Assembly (NCBI RefSeq): GCF_018350175.1
Contig: NC_058373.1
Span: 102,984,001-103,048,000, forward strand
DNA: 64,000 nucleotides
Direction: 5' to 3'
Origin: Felis catus
Lineage: Eukaryota
The notes beneath the pieces are model-generated. The model did no database searches. It had not been told where the DNA came from and worked only from the letters and a program-made list of their open reading frames with translations. The position numbers were made by a program, and so were the translations under genes. This document shows, piece after piece, positions 24,513 through 36,669 of this stretch (position 1 is the stretch's first letter; each line of letters starts with the position of its first letter).

Positions 24513-25639
24513 ACAAAAATATCCTTATGTATATTGACATATGTGTACACCTGCTGAGTATTTCTATAGAGTACATTCCTAGAAGTGGGATTGCTGTGTT
24601 GAAGGGTATGCACACTTAACATGATGATTATATTGCCAAATCTCTCTAAAGGAAAGTTGGACTAATTTGTATTTCCACTAATAAAGAACGAGTGTCCTTT
24701 GCCACACACCTCCACCTGTATTTTTCTTGCAATTATTCACATTGCATGATGGATATGTAGCTTAGAACTTATTGCTTATTGGACAAGAGCCCTAGTTCTG
24801 TGCTCTTTACCATTGTCACAGGAGCTTCCTATAACACCAGCTCACTGTCATAGCTTCAGATCCACAACAACCCAGAACATTCTGCCTCAATGGTAACAAT
24901 TATATTCAGTCACAGCCTGAGGCTATGCTTGTTCACATGACAGCTGCCACTGCATAATTCTACACTCTAATTTTATGCCAGGGAAAATGTGGGCAGTATA
25001 TATTTCTTCCTTATTTACTTTCAAGCGTGATAACTATCATGGAGATTTTATTTTCTGTTGGGCCACCAGGCCAGGATGCTTTTTATAAGATTTAGTATTC
25101 ACGTTTGCTTTTTTCATGGTTAAGACTAAAAGTACATAATCAGAAGCAAGAGTTTGTTAACTCAGATCTCTCTGAGTTGCCTTCAGGAATGGGGTAAGGA
25201 TTGAAAGAAAAGTTAAGTATCCTTCTGCCTTAATCCTAGTGGTTCAGTGAGAAACTCAGGGTGACTTTCTCCTATCACCACTGATTAAAAAAGGTTAACT
25301 GAACCCCTTCCATTTCTAGTAAATAAAATGTGTCCCTCCTCACAACAAATTCCTCTTCAATGAATGCAGTATTCCTTTATCTGTTATATATTGGTTTACA
25401 ATTAAGATTTATTATTTTTGAAAATCTAATGTTATAAATTTTTTGAAAATAATCGGTGGAAAAATAAAAAGATTGGTGGAACAAGGAAAAGAAGCCTGCT
25501 TCCACCTTTGCTCCCTGATTCGGCTCTAGTCCTATCTTAGGTCTGGTCCAACATGACACTGGGAGCTTCCACCCCACAGGCCAGTGGGCTCTGGAAATGG
25601 TAGCTCGTGATCTACTGAAACTGGTTGTCAGCCTGTCCT

Positions 25640-25663
25640 CCCCCCCCCCCCCCCCCCGCCCCC
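25640..25663 (+). repeat. C18-G-C5 homopolymer tract
   Basis: Seen directly. Confidence 0.9.
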
Positions 25664-27304
25664 ACACTGCCACCTCTGAGTGTTGCTGTTAAAGATACTC
25701 TGGTGGAAGCCAGTCGGCCTGCTCCTACATGTCTGGGAGGTCCTCCCTCTCTGCCCACCATCTTACTTCTTCATCTAGCCTTCCCTTTATCCCCAGCATG
25801 TCATGTAAGGGGGTGGCAAACTTAGATCCTATTTCAGCAGTCAACTGTACCAATAACTCTTCCCCTTTTTGGGTCCCAGTCTGTCCCCTCGTCTCTATGG
25901 GTCTCTCTGGGCCTGAATTAGTCCAATTTGTTGCCCCCATACCCAGCTTACCTGTCCAATCTGATTGACATTGAAGAGTTTTATTCCCTCTTCATTCAGA
26001 TATGACAAGGCTGTCATTTTTACTGAGGTATGGAGGAAAACCACTAAAGAAATGAATGAACTTCCTCAGAACACGTTTCATATCTTGACTTTAATCCAGT
26101 CAGGGAACGATTTGGTTAGCATGGCTTAAAAGGTATTCATAGGCAGTTTCTAGACTCCTTGTCCTACCTCATTCTTGATTCAGATATAAGCAGCATAAAT
26201 TCAGGAAGGACCAAATAATACACACATGTGGAGAAGTCTGGGGTGTCATGGTGGATCACCAATAATTGCATTGAGAAGCCAATGGGAAGGTTTTTTGTTT
26301 TCGTTTTGTGTTTGCTTTTTTTGTTAAACTTTTGAGTGTGGAGAAGGCTACTTAACAGTTACTTTGTTTTAAAATAATACTCAGTTTGTTAAATTTGTAA
26401 AGTCAAAAACAGATTTTCTCCTTAGGTCTTTGAGTTCAGCTTACAAATCTTGCTATTCAATTTTAAATTTGGTAAGAACAACCACTTTCACTTTTTCTTT
26501 GATAAATGTTTGAAGAGCTCAAATTATACAAATTAAACTGCCTTACACAATTAATCCCATATAGAAGTTCACTTAATTAAATTATCTTGAACAATTTAAA
26601 CTCACGTATACATTTATCATATTTGACTTTATTTTCAAAATCTCTAATAAGAAGGTTTGAATCCGAGTGTTTAAGTAGCTCTGGAAAATCTAATTAAACA
26701 AATTCTCTGAAATGTTCAATACTATTTACGACTTTAATTTTTTTATATGTTTAAACTTAAAATCACAACTCTAAATTAGGTATTAAGTTTCAGCATAGAG
26801 ATTGTTCCTAAGCTAAATTATTTGTTTTATCATTTCTAGTCTAATTCTAAACTTTCCTAGAGTATTTTTTAAATTTCTGTTAGGCTGAGGTTACCAGAGC
26901 ATTTGTTAGTTTGCAAAAATTTAGAGCAGGAGGGATTTGGGGGCTACACGTGTCTAGGATGATTCTATCTAAGCCTAAGGAGAGATAGGACCCTTTTCAT
27001 AGCTGATGCATTGAGGGGACTCTGAGTTCATATACCCTTAGCTATGTTGGTTTCATAACCAGCATTCCATTCAAATTATACTCTTACCTAGTTTACTCAT
27101 AACCTCTCTAAACTTTTATCACCTAATTTAAATAGATGCTTCCTACATTCTTACCCGGATTGCAATAAATATTCTTGACCACCAAACTGGTTTCTGCATT
27201 CCTTCTTATTGAATATTCCTTGAATTCCTTTCATACTTTTGTCTGACTCTCTGGCCACAGTAGGTAAATGACACTTAGAATGGCCTGCAGGCAGGGGCTA
27301 GTAG

Positions 27305-27495
27305 GAGCTGGCATCTGTCCATATGTCTGTTTCTCTGATGCCTGACTTCCCCCAGTAGACCCTAAGCAGTGGGAAGGCTGTATTGTTTATCACTGACCTC
27401 CAACACAGTGCTTGGTAGGTAGTAACTTCTTGATAAGTCAACAGTTTAATAAATGGATGAGCTCGAGAATGAATGACTGGATTAATGAATGAACT
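27305..27495 (+). mobile_element. L2 3' end
   Basis: tagaccctaagcagtgggaagg...cacagtgcttgg...aatgaatgaa. Confidence 0.6.
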
Positions 27496-27849
27496 TCCAG
27501 GGAGAAAATTCAAGAACATTAATACGTGTCAGACCCAGGATCAAAGGGTTACATTCTCAAACAAAAAGGGGGAAAGGTACACCATAGTCTCTCAGATATC
27601 TTAAGGTGGGTGGGACCCATGTTCTGAGAGAGGGGAAAGGAACTTTGGCAAGAGTTTGTGTGATTAATGTTTACTGGGCTCTATTTGTGATCTCCACTGA
27701 TTAGCTCTCTTTTTATGACAGATTTGTCAAGGTACATATGTGGATGAAGAAACTTGAGTTTCTGAAAGGCTAGGAAAGGAAAGAAGAGAGACTCAAACTA
27801 AGGTGTGTCTGACTCTGTGCTTTCCATTATGGAATAATGCCTAAATCTT

Positions 27850-28990
27850 GGAATTCATTTATTCCTTCAGCAAACATTTAATATTTATTATATGTTAGGC
27901 CAGTGCTGGACACTGAAGGTACTACAATGAATTAGATATACTTACCTTCTTAGGAACTCACTGTTTTTAGGAAAGACAAATATAGAAATAATGAATAACT
28001 ATATCATTATTCATTCATTCATTCATTCATTCATTCATTCAAAAAATATTTATCCAATGTCTAGCATATGTCAGGTACTGGAGATGCAATGGGAAACCAA
28101 ATAGACATGTTACCTGTCCTCACAGATTTTATAGTCTAGTGGAGGAGACAGCTTCATGGAAGTGACTATAAACCACAATCATGAAGAGGCTCTGAAGTAG
28201 GAGTTTATGAAGTAGGATTTTATGATGTTTCATGTGTGTATGATTGGGGGATTGGCCTTCATCAGGTAGGTCAGGGAAGAGGAAGTAATACCTGAGTTAA
28301 CCAGGTGAAGAGTTGAGGGAGGAGGCTCCAGGCAGAGATTTCCATAAGCACTAATGTCTATAGCAGGAGGGAATATGGCCAATTCAAGACACAGACAAGG
28401 CTAGTGTGCCTAGAGTAGAGCAAGCCTGAAAATGCTGGATCAGTGGACGGTGGCTGGATGGTGAAGACCTCAGTGTCTTTTTCCTAAGAGTGATAGGAAG
28501 CCATTGAAGCCATCTAAGCAGAAGGATGACAAGATACATCTGTGTTTGAAAAAAAAATTACTTGACAAATAGTATTAAAAGCAGATGGGTAAGAGGGGTG
28601 AGGTAAGAATGGGGAGTACAGGGAGAGCTGTGAGGAGACAGGAGATGAGGTTAGCTTGAATCAAGATGGTGGGTGTTGTAGTGATGAAGATGGAGACAAG
28701 TAGGAAGACTCAAGGGATGGTTAAGGCAGTGTTATTAATAGGACTTGGTTATGGAATGAGAGGGAGTTGCCAATAACTCTAAAGTTTCAGTCTTGAGTAG
28801 TTGGAGAAAGGGTAGCATCATTCCCTGAACTACAGACTGCTGAACGAGGACCAGGTGTGAGGAGGAAAGATCATGAGTTTACCTTTGTACCTATAGAATT
28901 TGTGGTGACTTTGAGATATTCCAGCAGACATATCAAGTAGGCAATAGATGAACATTCTGAACCCAGAGAAGAAGGCTGGATTTGTGGCAT
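27850..28990 (-). mobile_element. Two L2 3' ends plus L2 body, including a (TTCA)n tail at about 28009-28040
   Basis: cattcattcattc...atgtcaggtactggagatgca...ggaagccattgaag...gacatatcaagtaggca. Confidence 0.75.
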
Positions 28991-30152
28991 AATGTAGAAA
29001 GTACAACAAACTAGCTACATACAGGTGATATGGGGGGAATTTTGCTAGGGAAGGATATCATGCATGCTCAGTATAGAGACAAGGGGATTTTCATCTCTTA
29101 TAAATACATTATTTTCTGATTCATCACCCCCTTCAGATCAGTTGTATAACTTGAACATCATGACACCTCATCGAGAATTACTGTCTACATTTTACAGTTA
29201 AGAAAACTGATGTTCAGCCTCTCAAGTTTGATAGAACATGCCTAGAGAGAGTCTATGCTGCACCTTCCCAATTCCTTCTTTCCTCTAATTTCTCTGTCTT
29301 GCCCAAATGGCTATAAAAATTAAAACTTTATCAGAATAAATATGTTACAATGCTAATGCTAGCCAAGGAATTCCAGCTTATAAAAGAGTGTGTTTGCCTT
29401 TATGTGTGGGACTGATGAGCTCTCTTAATACTGGGATGGCTGCTCTCTGCTATGAAGACTTTCTTCCCCCCAGGGATAGCATCACCACAAGGAGACAGTA
29501 TAGGGCAGACATTGCTTAGGTTTATTACTCTCTAGTTTTGCTAATAGTTTTCATTATTTTTCCCTACTGTCTGAGTTTCAAAAGCTCTGAAATAGCTTGT
29601 TTTCACCCTCTGTTGTATTTTCTGGTCCAGCCAAACCCAGGAAATGGCATATGATCATATAAAAGCTTTGCATGAGTATAAGGATGTGGGGTGGGGGTGT
29701 GTGTCTTTATTTTGTCAGAAAATCTTTGCCAATCTCTAAGAAGCTGATAGCTCTCAAGTCATACTGAATTTTTTTAAGAGTACTTTCTATTTATAAAGTC
29801 TCACAAGGAAGTATAGAAACCAACAAGAAGCTAGTCTCTTCTTATCTAGAAGCAAAGGAATCATGACCATAGCTGATGTGCTGCATCCTCTTATCAATGA
29901 TCTTCTCTATAGCATCCTTATTGTAAAACTAGGTTATTACTGCTCAGACAGGTAAACTGATGTCTGTGGTCCCAGAGGTTGTTAATAACAGAGTTGGAAC
30001 TGGGTTTCCTGCCTCAGGACTCAGTCCACCTTGCCACATGGATAGAAGCAGAATTTTATGTGGCAACCTGGAGAGCTGTTTTGCCATTTTACTCTGGTCT
30101 CCAGAGAAAGGCTAGTTGACATTGTTGCTTCTGTATTAAAGTCTATGTAGTT

Positions 30153-30372
30153 GGGGCGGCTGGGTGGCTCAGTGGGTTAAGTGTCCGACTTGGGCTCAGG
30201 TAATGATTTCACAGTTCGTGGGTTCAAGCCCTGTGTCGGGCTCTGTGCTGACAGCCCAGAGCCTGGAGCCTGCTTCGGATTCTGTGTCTCCCTCTCTGTC
30301 TGCTCCTCCCCTGCTTGCATTCTGTCTTTCTCTCTCTCTTTCTTAAAAGTAAATAAACATTAAATTTTTTTT
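30153..30372 (+). mobile_element. Can-SINE
   Basis: TSD taaagtYtatgYagtt at 30137-30152 and 30373-30388. Confidence 0.95.
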
Positions 30373-30453
30373 TAAAGTTTATGCAGTTTTATTACTGTTT
30401 CCATTAAGATATCTAGAGGAGATTGCATAACATCCCTCAGAAACCCATGTTTA

Positions 30454-30666
30454 AATTTTTTTTTTAACATTTATTTATTTTTGAGACAGAGAGAGAGAGC
30501 ATGAACAGGGGAGGGTCAGAGAAAGAGGGAGATGCAGGATCCGAAACAGGCTCCAGGCTCTGAGCTGTCAGCACAGAGCCCGACGCGGGGCTTGAACCCA
30601 CGGACCGCGAGATCATGACCTGAGCTGAAGTCGGACCCTTAACCGACTGAGCCACCCAGGTGCCCC
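30454..30666 (-). mobile_element. Can-SINE
   Basis: TSD aacccatgttta at 30442-30453 and 30667-30678. Confidence 0.95.
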
Positions 30667-30801
30667 AACCCATGTTTATATTTAACCTTCCTTATGTCCA
30701 GCAAAGTCTTTATATCCCATAAATTGGTAATATTCCTTTTCACTCATTCAGGTAAAGGGAAACAGTCTCTTGGAATTTAACATAAAAATTGGCAAAGTAC
30801 A

Positions 30802-31005
30802 GGGGCGCATGGGTGGCTCAGTCTGTTAAGCATCTGACTTTAGCTCAGGTCATGATCTCAGTCTGTGAGTTCAGGCCCTGTGTTGGGCTCTGTGCTGACA
30901 GCTCAGAGCCTGGGGCCTGCTTCAGATTCTGTGTCTCCCTCTGTCTCTTCCCATCTCCCATTCATGCTCTGTCTCTCTCTGTCTCAAAAATAAATAAAAA
31001 TTTAA
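30802..31005 (+). mobile_element. Can-SINE
   Basis: Perfect 18-bp TSD aaaaattggcaaagtaca at 30784-30801 and 31006-31023. Confidence 0.95.
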
Positions 31006-32156
31006 AAAAATTGGCAAAGTACAATGTTAATGTATTCAGTCATATTTTCCCTATGTAATGATCTTTTTAACCTTTCATAATTGAGTCAGTTTTTTTCAGA
31101 GCTCATTAGAAAATATGCTGTACACTTTTGTTATGTATTTGTGTATGTATTTAGGTCTACATCGATCTCTGTATGAGTCTGTACAGTTATATAGAATGAT
31201 CTCTAGAAGAATATATATCAACATTATAACAGCTACTGTTTCTTGCAGGTAGAATTATGAATATTTTATGGTTTTCTATATTTTATAATTTTTCCACAAC
31301 ATAACAATATTAGCTATAAAATAGAAATATTTTTTAATCTTTTTTTTTCAATCTACCAATCTAGGGTATTAAAAATGAATTTCAGGCTCACCTGAGAGAT
31401 TATGGGAGAAATGGTAGCTGTGTTTGTAATAATCTTATTTACCTAGGACAGTGAGTCAAAACTAGCAAGTAAGACAAAAACAAGTACAAAAGATTACCTA
31501 GTAATCTATCTAGTAATAGTAAAATCAAGAGGAAGCTTCTGGGGAAGCTTCTTAAAGGGGATCAGTTTTCAGATGTGGGTTGAAGCATGGGATTGATGTG
31601 ATAGTAAAAATGAAAGAAAGTCTGTGAGGATGACCAAGTAAAGGGTTAATAGTGAGACTCAGTGCACTGTGGATATAGGATAGCAAGTTGATTTGCTTTG
31701 TGGAATAGAAGCTGAGCTGAGAATGTGCACTGAGCATATGTGCATGTGTACTCTGTAGAGATGCATCCACATGGACATTCAGTCACAGACACAAATATTA
31801 TGTATTAGTGGCTGTGATTCTATGGTTGCAGATGATTAATTGAAGCAGTCTCAGTGGAGTGAGTATTGCTTGCCTGTAAAAGGTGTAGGTACTCCATCTT
31901 CTTTATATGGAAAACTCACTAGTGAAAATGGCCCATGCAAATGGGCTTTAGGTCTGAAGTTAGATAATACTGCTCTCCTAGGACCTGCAGCAAGTCTCAT
32001 TTTACCAAGTGGCCAATGTATGAGACGGCAGAAGCTAGTGATATTGCCAAAGTTCTTATGTTCTTATGTTCTTATCGGAGTCTTTATGTTCGTATCAGAA
32101 CATAGGATACCAGTGATATTGCCAGTGTTCTTATGATGTTTGATCAAGAAGGAACC

Positions 32157-32428
32157 GGGGGTGACTGGGTGGCTCACTTGGTTGAGCGTCTGACTTCGTT
32201 CGGCTCAGGTCATGATCTCACAACTCATGGGTTTGAGCCCTGCATCAGGATCTGTGCTGACAGCTCAGACCCTGCTGAGCCTGCTTCGGATTCTGTGTCT
32301 TCCTCTCTCTCTGCCCCTCCCCCTCCCTAGCTCATGCTCTCTCTCTCTCTCTCTGTCTCTCTCTGTCTCTCTCTCTCTCTCTCACTTTCTCTCTCAAAAA
32401 TAAATAAACATTAAACAATTTTTTTAAA
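32157..32428 (+). mobile_element. Can-SINE with expanded (CT)n
   Basis: SINE head, long CT tract, aaaataaataaac tail. Confidence 0.93.
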
Positions 32429-32774
32429 AAGAAAGAAATCAGACTCTCCCACTCTTTCCAGCTACCAAGATTCCACTGACCCTGACCAAATCAGCATAAA
32501 AAGGTTCCCACCTGCCTGTGGAAATGTATAGAGAAGTCAATTAACAAGCATTGGTTCTAGGCTTCCCACTGGAGCCCACTGTTTCTCCTGGAACTTACAA
32601 ATTACCTTTTAATAAAGGAGTTCTACCTGACCTCACCTCCTCCAAAAAACCAATCAATAAACAACAACAAAACCTAGGTATATACATACAACAATATTGT
32701 AAGGTAGTTGTGAGGTAGGTGCAAAATATGTATGGGAGTCAGAATAAACCAATTTAGTTAGAGTCTGCTTGTTC

Positions 32775-32950
32775 TTTTTTTTTTTTTAATGTTTATTTAT
32801 TTTTGAGAGAGAGAGAGAAGAGAAGGAGATAGAGGATCCAAAGCGGGTTCTGTGCTCGAATGACTTGAGATCCGTGAGATCATGCCGTGAGATCATGACT
32901 TGACCTGAAGTTGGAAGCTTACCCAACTGAGCCACCCAGTCGGTGCCTCC
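32775..32950 (-). mobile_element. Rearranged Can-SINE
   Basis: Antisense SINE with internal 13-bp tandem duplication; flanking repeat tgcttgtt. Confidence 0.88.
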
Positions 32951-33459
32951 CAGAATTTGCTTGTTATGAAGAAAAGAAACAAATATTACTGGAACTCTAC
33001 ATGAGAATATTTATTAATTTATCTAATGGTGATGAGCCACAAGGGTCAGAGCCCTTGTAGTGTAGGTGGTAAGCTATAAGGGACTTGTTTATGTCAATAT
33101 TTTCATAGAAAAAATATTTTAAAAATACGTAAAAACATATTAAATATATATTCACATAGATTAAATATTGATATATAATGTATATTTAACACACATGTTA
33201 CATTTCAGTGGAGATAATCAGAACAAATAGAACAAGAGTTATCAGCTGTATATATTCATTGAAAGTGTGTGTATAGTTGATTGATAGAAATGCTAGTATA
33301 TTTGTAACTTCTTGTACTTCTGCAGCATAATTAAAGAAAAAGTTATGAGTGAAATCATGACTCCCCAAATTAAAATGCCTCTCTGCTCACTTTGAACAAG
33401 CACTGTCTATATTTTTACGAGCCTTCTATTGCACCTAACAATTACATATTCCGAAAGAG

Positions 33460-34210
33460 TTTTGCCAGTATGGTAGAGTAAATTTCTAATCTAACAGCCT
33501 GACACCCTGATAGATAACAACTATGAAGTCTGAATAACAACATAAATGTCTCTTCGAGGGCTCTGGAGAGTACAAAAAAGCTGAAAGGTAGTCAAAACTT
33601 GGAAGAAGTGACTGCCAGTAGCCAGCATCAGTTTTACCCTAAGGGTGATGATGGTGTGGGCAGGAGGGATTAAAACTTTAGTAGAAGGCCTATGTCTCTG
33701 GCAGGAGGAGTTGGATAATGGATCCTTGAACAACCAGGACCACTGGAAAGTGATAGGGGGAAACTCCAGAAATGAGAGAACCAGGGGAGGGAACGTCAGA
33801 TTCTGTCTATAAACTGCCCAAGACTCTGACAGACTGTTGAACCACACACAGAGAAACACCTCCAGGGCAAGAAAGTTTGCATTTTGCATTTTGAGTCTAA
33901 CCAAGTTAATTGCTTTCTAAAGAAAAAGAAAGAGAGAGAGAATACTATTTAGAGGGATGTAACATAATTGAGAGTCTCCACAATGTAGTATTGACATGTC
34001 AAAGACCCAGTGGAAAGTTACTTGACATATGAAGAGCCAGGAAAATAGGACCCATTCCTAAGGGAAATAACTACCAAGAAAATGTAGACATTAGAACTGT
34101 CAGAAAAGAACATTAAAGCAGCGATTATAACTATACTTAATCAGGTAAAAGAAAATATGCTTGTGACAAATGAAAAAATAGAAAATCTTAGAAGGCAAGT
34201 AGAAACCCTT
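33460..34210 (+). mobile_element. Old L1M 5'UTR/pre-ORF1 region
   Basis: gataacaactatgaagtctg...gacatatgaagagccaggaaaat...aaagcagcgattataactat. Confidence 0.6.
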
Positions 34211-34499
34211 GATATGCTTTTTTCTTTGGAACATGATGAGAAAAGGTGAAATTGTAACAAATGTGTGAAAAGTTGTACATAACCCTGGATACGCAAGCAT
34301 GGTGTGTCAGGCATGTGACTGCTATCTGTCACAGATGTCCTAAGTAACAAAAAATGAAAGCTGCTGTAATGAGGAATAGGGAACTACTGACCTTTGTTGT
34401 TGTCGGTTGGTTTGATTTTAGGAGATTGTCACATTCAGAGCTGCAAATTAAAAAAAAAATCTTATTAAAAGGTGTATAGTTGATTGAAGAAGAAATAGA

Positions 34500-35160
34500 C
34501 TATAGGTAGAATACCAAAAAAAGAAAAAAAAATGGCAATAAGTGTTTATAGCAAATATAACAAAATGTTATATTGTTATTGTTTAAAGTACCATAAAATT
34601 GATAAGAAATACAGTAAGATATCAAAGAATAGCAAAGGACATAGACTTACAATTCCTAAATGAAAAAATCATAATTAGTAAACAGATGTAACAAAGATTC
34701 CAGTTTCACTGTTATTCAAGGAAATGCAAACTGAAATAATATCACTGTTTCTAATTAAATTAGCAAAATTTTGATGATAATATTTAGTTTCAATTGAGGG
34801 CATAGGAAAACTGTATATTCATATATTATATACAAAACTGTACATAGAACAGTTCAACTGATTTGGAAAGTAATTGACAATATGTATCAAGAGCTTATGG
34901 ATATTCATATCATTAAACCTAGTAATACTAATTTTGCATATATAGGCAATAACCTCAAACATTAAAAAGCTACATAAATGAAATTGTTCATCCATCACCA
35001 AGTAACTTACAGTAGCAAAAAAACAAGAAACAAAAAACAAAAAACAAAACATGGTGGTGCTGAGAAAAATATCTTGTAATAAATTTTTAAGTAAATTAGG
35101 ATACATTCATAGGATGGAAAATTAATGCAATCCTCTGAAAAATGCTTTTGAAAAATGAAC
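34500..35160 (+). mobile_element. Old L1ME-like ORF2 3' fragment
   Basis: A-rich; aaggaaatgcaaactgaaa, ttggaaagtaattgacaatatgtatcaagagc. Confidence 0.6.
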
Positions 35161-35239
35161 CAAATTAAGATTGTAATTGTGTGAAACTAGTGGGGTTTCT
35201 GGGTTATGACTGATTTTTGCCCTATAGTTTTAAGCCATT

Positions 35240-35770
35240 TATTGTGCTTAAAATTATAATTTCTAAAACAGTCTAGGCAAAGTTTTATGAAGCTTGGGAA
35301 TAGAGTAGGAATAATGAGAAGGGCATGGACCAAAAGATTAGAAGGTCAGTTGGAGAGTATTCGAACCTTGATTATGCATGGGTGGTGGGAGAGGGCAATG
35401 TCAGAGGTATTTAGAGATTTCAGTCCTGGGTGATTAGGAGGAGCCAGTTCCAGAGTCAAAAGTAGGGAACACAGGAGGTCAGCAACCACAGAAGGGAAGA
35501 ACATAGAGCCTATCTTGGGTATGTTCAGCCTGAAAGACCAGTTGGACTTCTCAATCCAGAAGACCATGGGAAATGGGAGAAGTCAAAGAAAGAAGGCATG
35601 ATGTTTGTCCCATGGAAGTGAACTGCTGAATTCCTGAAATGGGATGAGATCACTAACGAAGAATGGGGAGAAAGAGGCTGAGGATAGAACTGAATTTAAG
35701 GGTAAGAATAACAACAGGGAGGGACAGTGGAATAAGAACAAGATTCAATAAAACTTAAAGAACTGGGTCC
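35240..35770 (-). mobile_element. L2 fragment
   Basis: agatttcagtcctgggtgattagg, atgggatgagatcact, gaggctgaggatagaac. Confidence 0.55.
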
Positions 35771-35789
35771 AAGTCCCATCTTCCTCACT

Positions 35790-36288
35790 CAGGCAAGAGA
35801 AGAGGCTGCTCACATTGGTAGGCCATAATGAGCCACAATCCCCTTCCCCTCGAGCAGGATCTGGGCCTGTGACTTGCTCTCGCCAATAGAATATGGCAGA
35901 AGTGACACTTTTCCAGTTCTGGTAGACTTAAGAAGACTTTTGTTCTTTGGGAGCTCTGAGCCTCCATGTAATGAATCCAAAAATCTGCTGGAGAGCCCAT
36001 ATATATAGAGGCCCTGAGACTGTATGAGGAGGGAGGGAGACAGCTATCTCAGCATCCCAACTGAGCCCAGCTTTTTAGCTGTCCCCAACCAGGTGCCAGA
36101 CATGTAAGACATTCTAAGCCCCATCACCATCTGATACAGCTTCATGAGAAATCCCAAGTGAGGCCAAAAAAGGAATAGTCCAGCTGAGCCTCAGTCTATC
36201 CACACAATCATTTGAAGTAATAAATTGTTGTTGTTTTAAACCATGAAGCTTGGAGTGGTTTGTTAGGCAGCACTAGATGACTGAAACT
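35790..36288 (+). mobile_element. MaLR solo LTR (MLT1F/G/H-like)
   Basis: gtgacttgctctcgccaatagaatatggcagaagtgac...aataaattgttgttgttttaaacca...tttgttaggcagcactagatgactgaaac. Confidence 0.85.
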
Positions 36289-36669
36289 ACAAGTTAATCA
36301 AGGAACTTACCCTACCCCCAGCTTTTGTGCATGCAGAAGTGATAATCAGTTTACCATAACGGTCAAATGAGATCATATGCTCAGTGATTCTGAATTGTTT
36401 CCATAAAAGCACCCCTGGTGACAGAGGACAGTGAATGACCCTCTGGGTCTGGGGAGTGTGTCTGTTTTTCAGAAGGCTTGTGGCTTCATAGCAAACATAG
36501 CCAGTTTTGCATTCTCCATAAGGTGTCCCCATTATTATTTTTAAATGTATTTTCTCTATTTCCACATGACCCTGGTTATCCTGTGTCTTTGCATCCTTCT
36601 GCATCATGCTGAATTTGGGGGGCATAAACACCAGTTGGAAAGATGTAGGTACATGTAATCTATAAGTGT

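Larger units (their letters stand above)
23545..24720 (-). mobile_element. Old L1ME-like 3' fragment interrupted by two SINEs and a TA microsatellite
   Basis: ggaattatactatacag; ttcctagaagtgggattgctgtgttgaagggtatgcac. Confidence 0.6.

Noticed and set aside
25809..25938. Possible MITE with terminal inverted repeats gggggtggcaaa / tttgttgccccc
   Set aside because: Only 9 of 12 positions match and no TSD is visible; it cannot be supported without a Dfam search.
30137..31023. Regularly spaced repeats as a CRISPR-like array or segmental duplication
   Set aside because: They are independent SINE insertions with distinct TSDs and mixed orientation.
31532..31551. gaagcttc x2 as a heat-shock element
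   Set aside because: The spacing breaks the nGAAn 5-bp phasing needed for three consecutive units.
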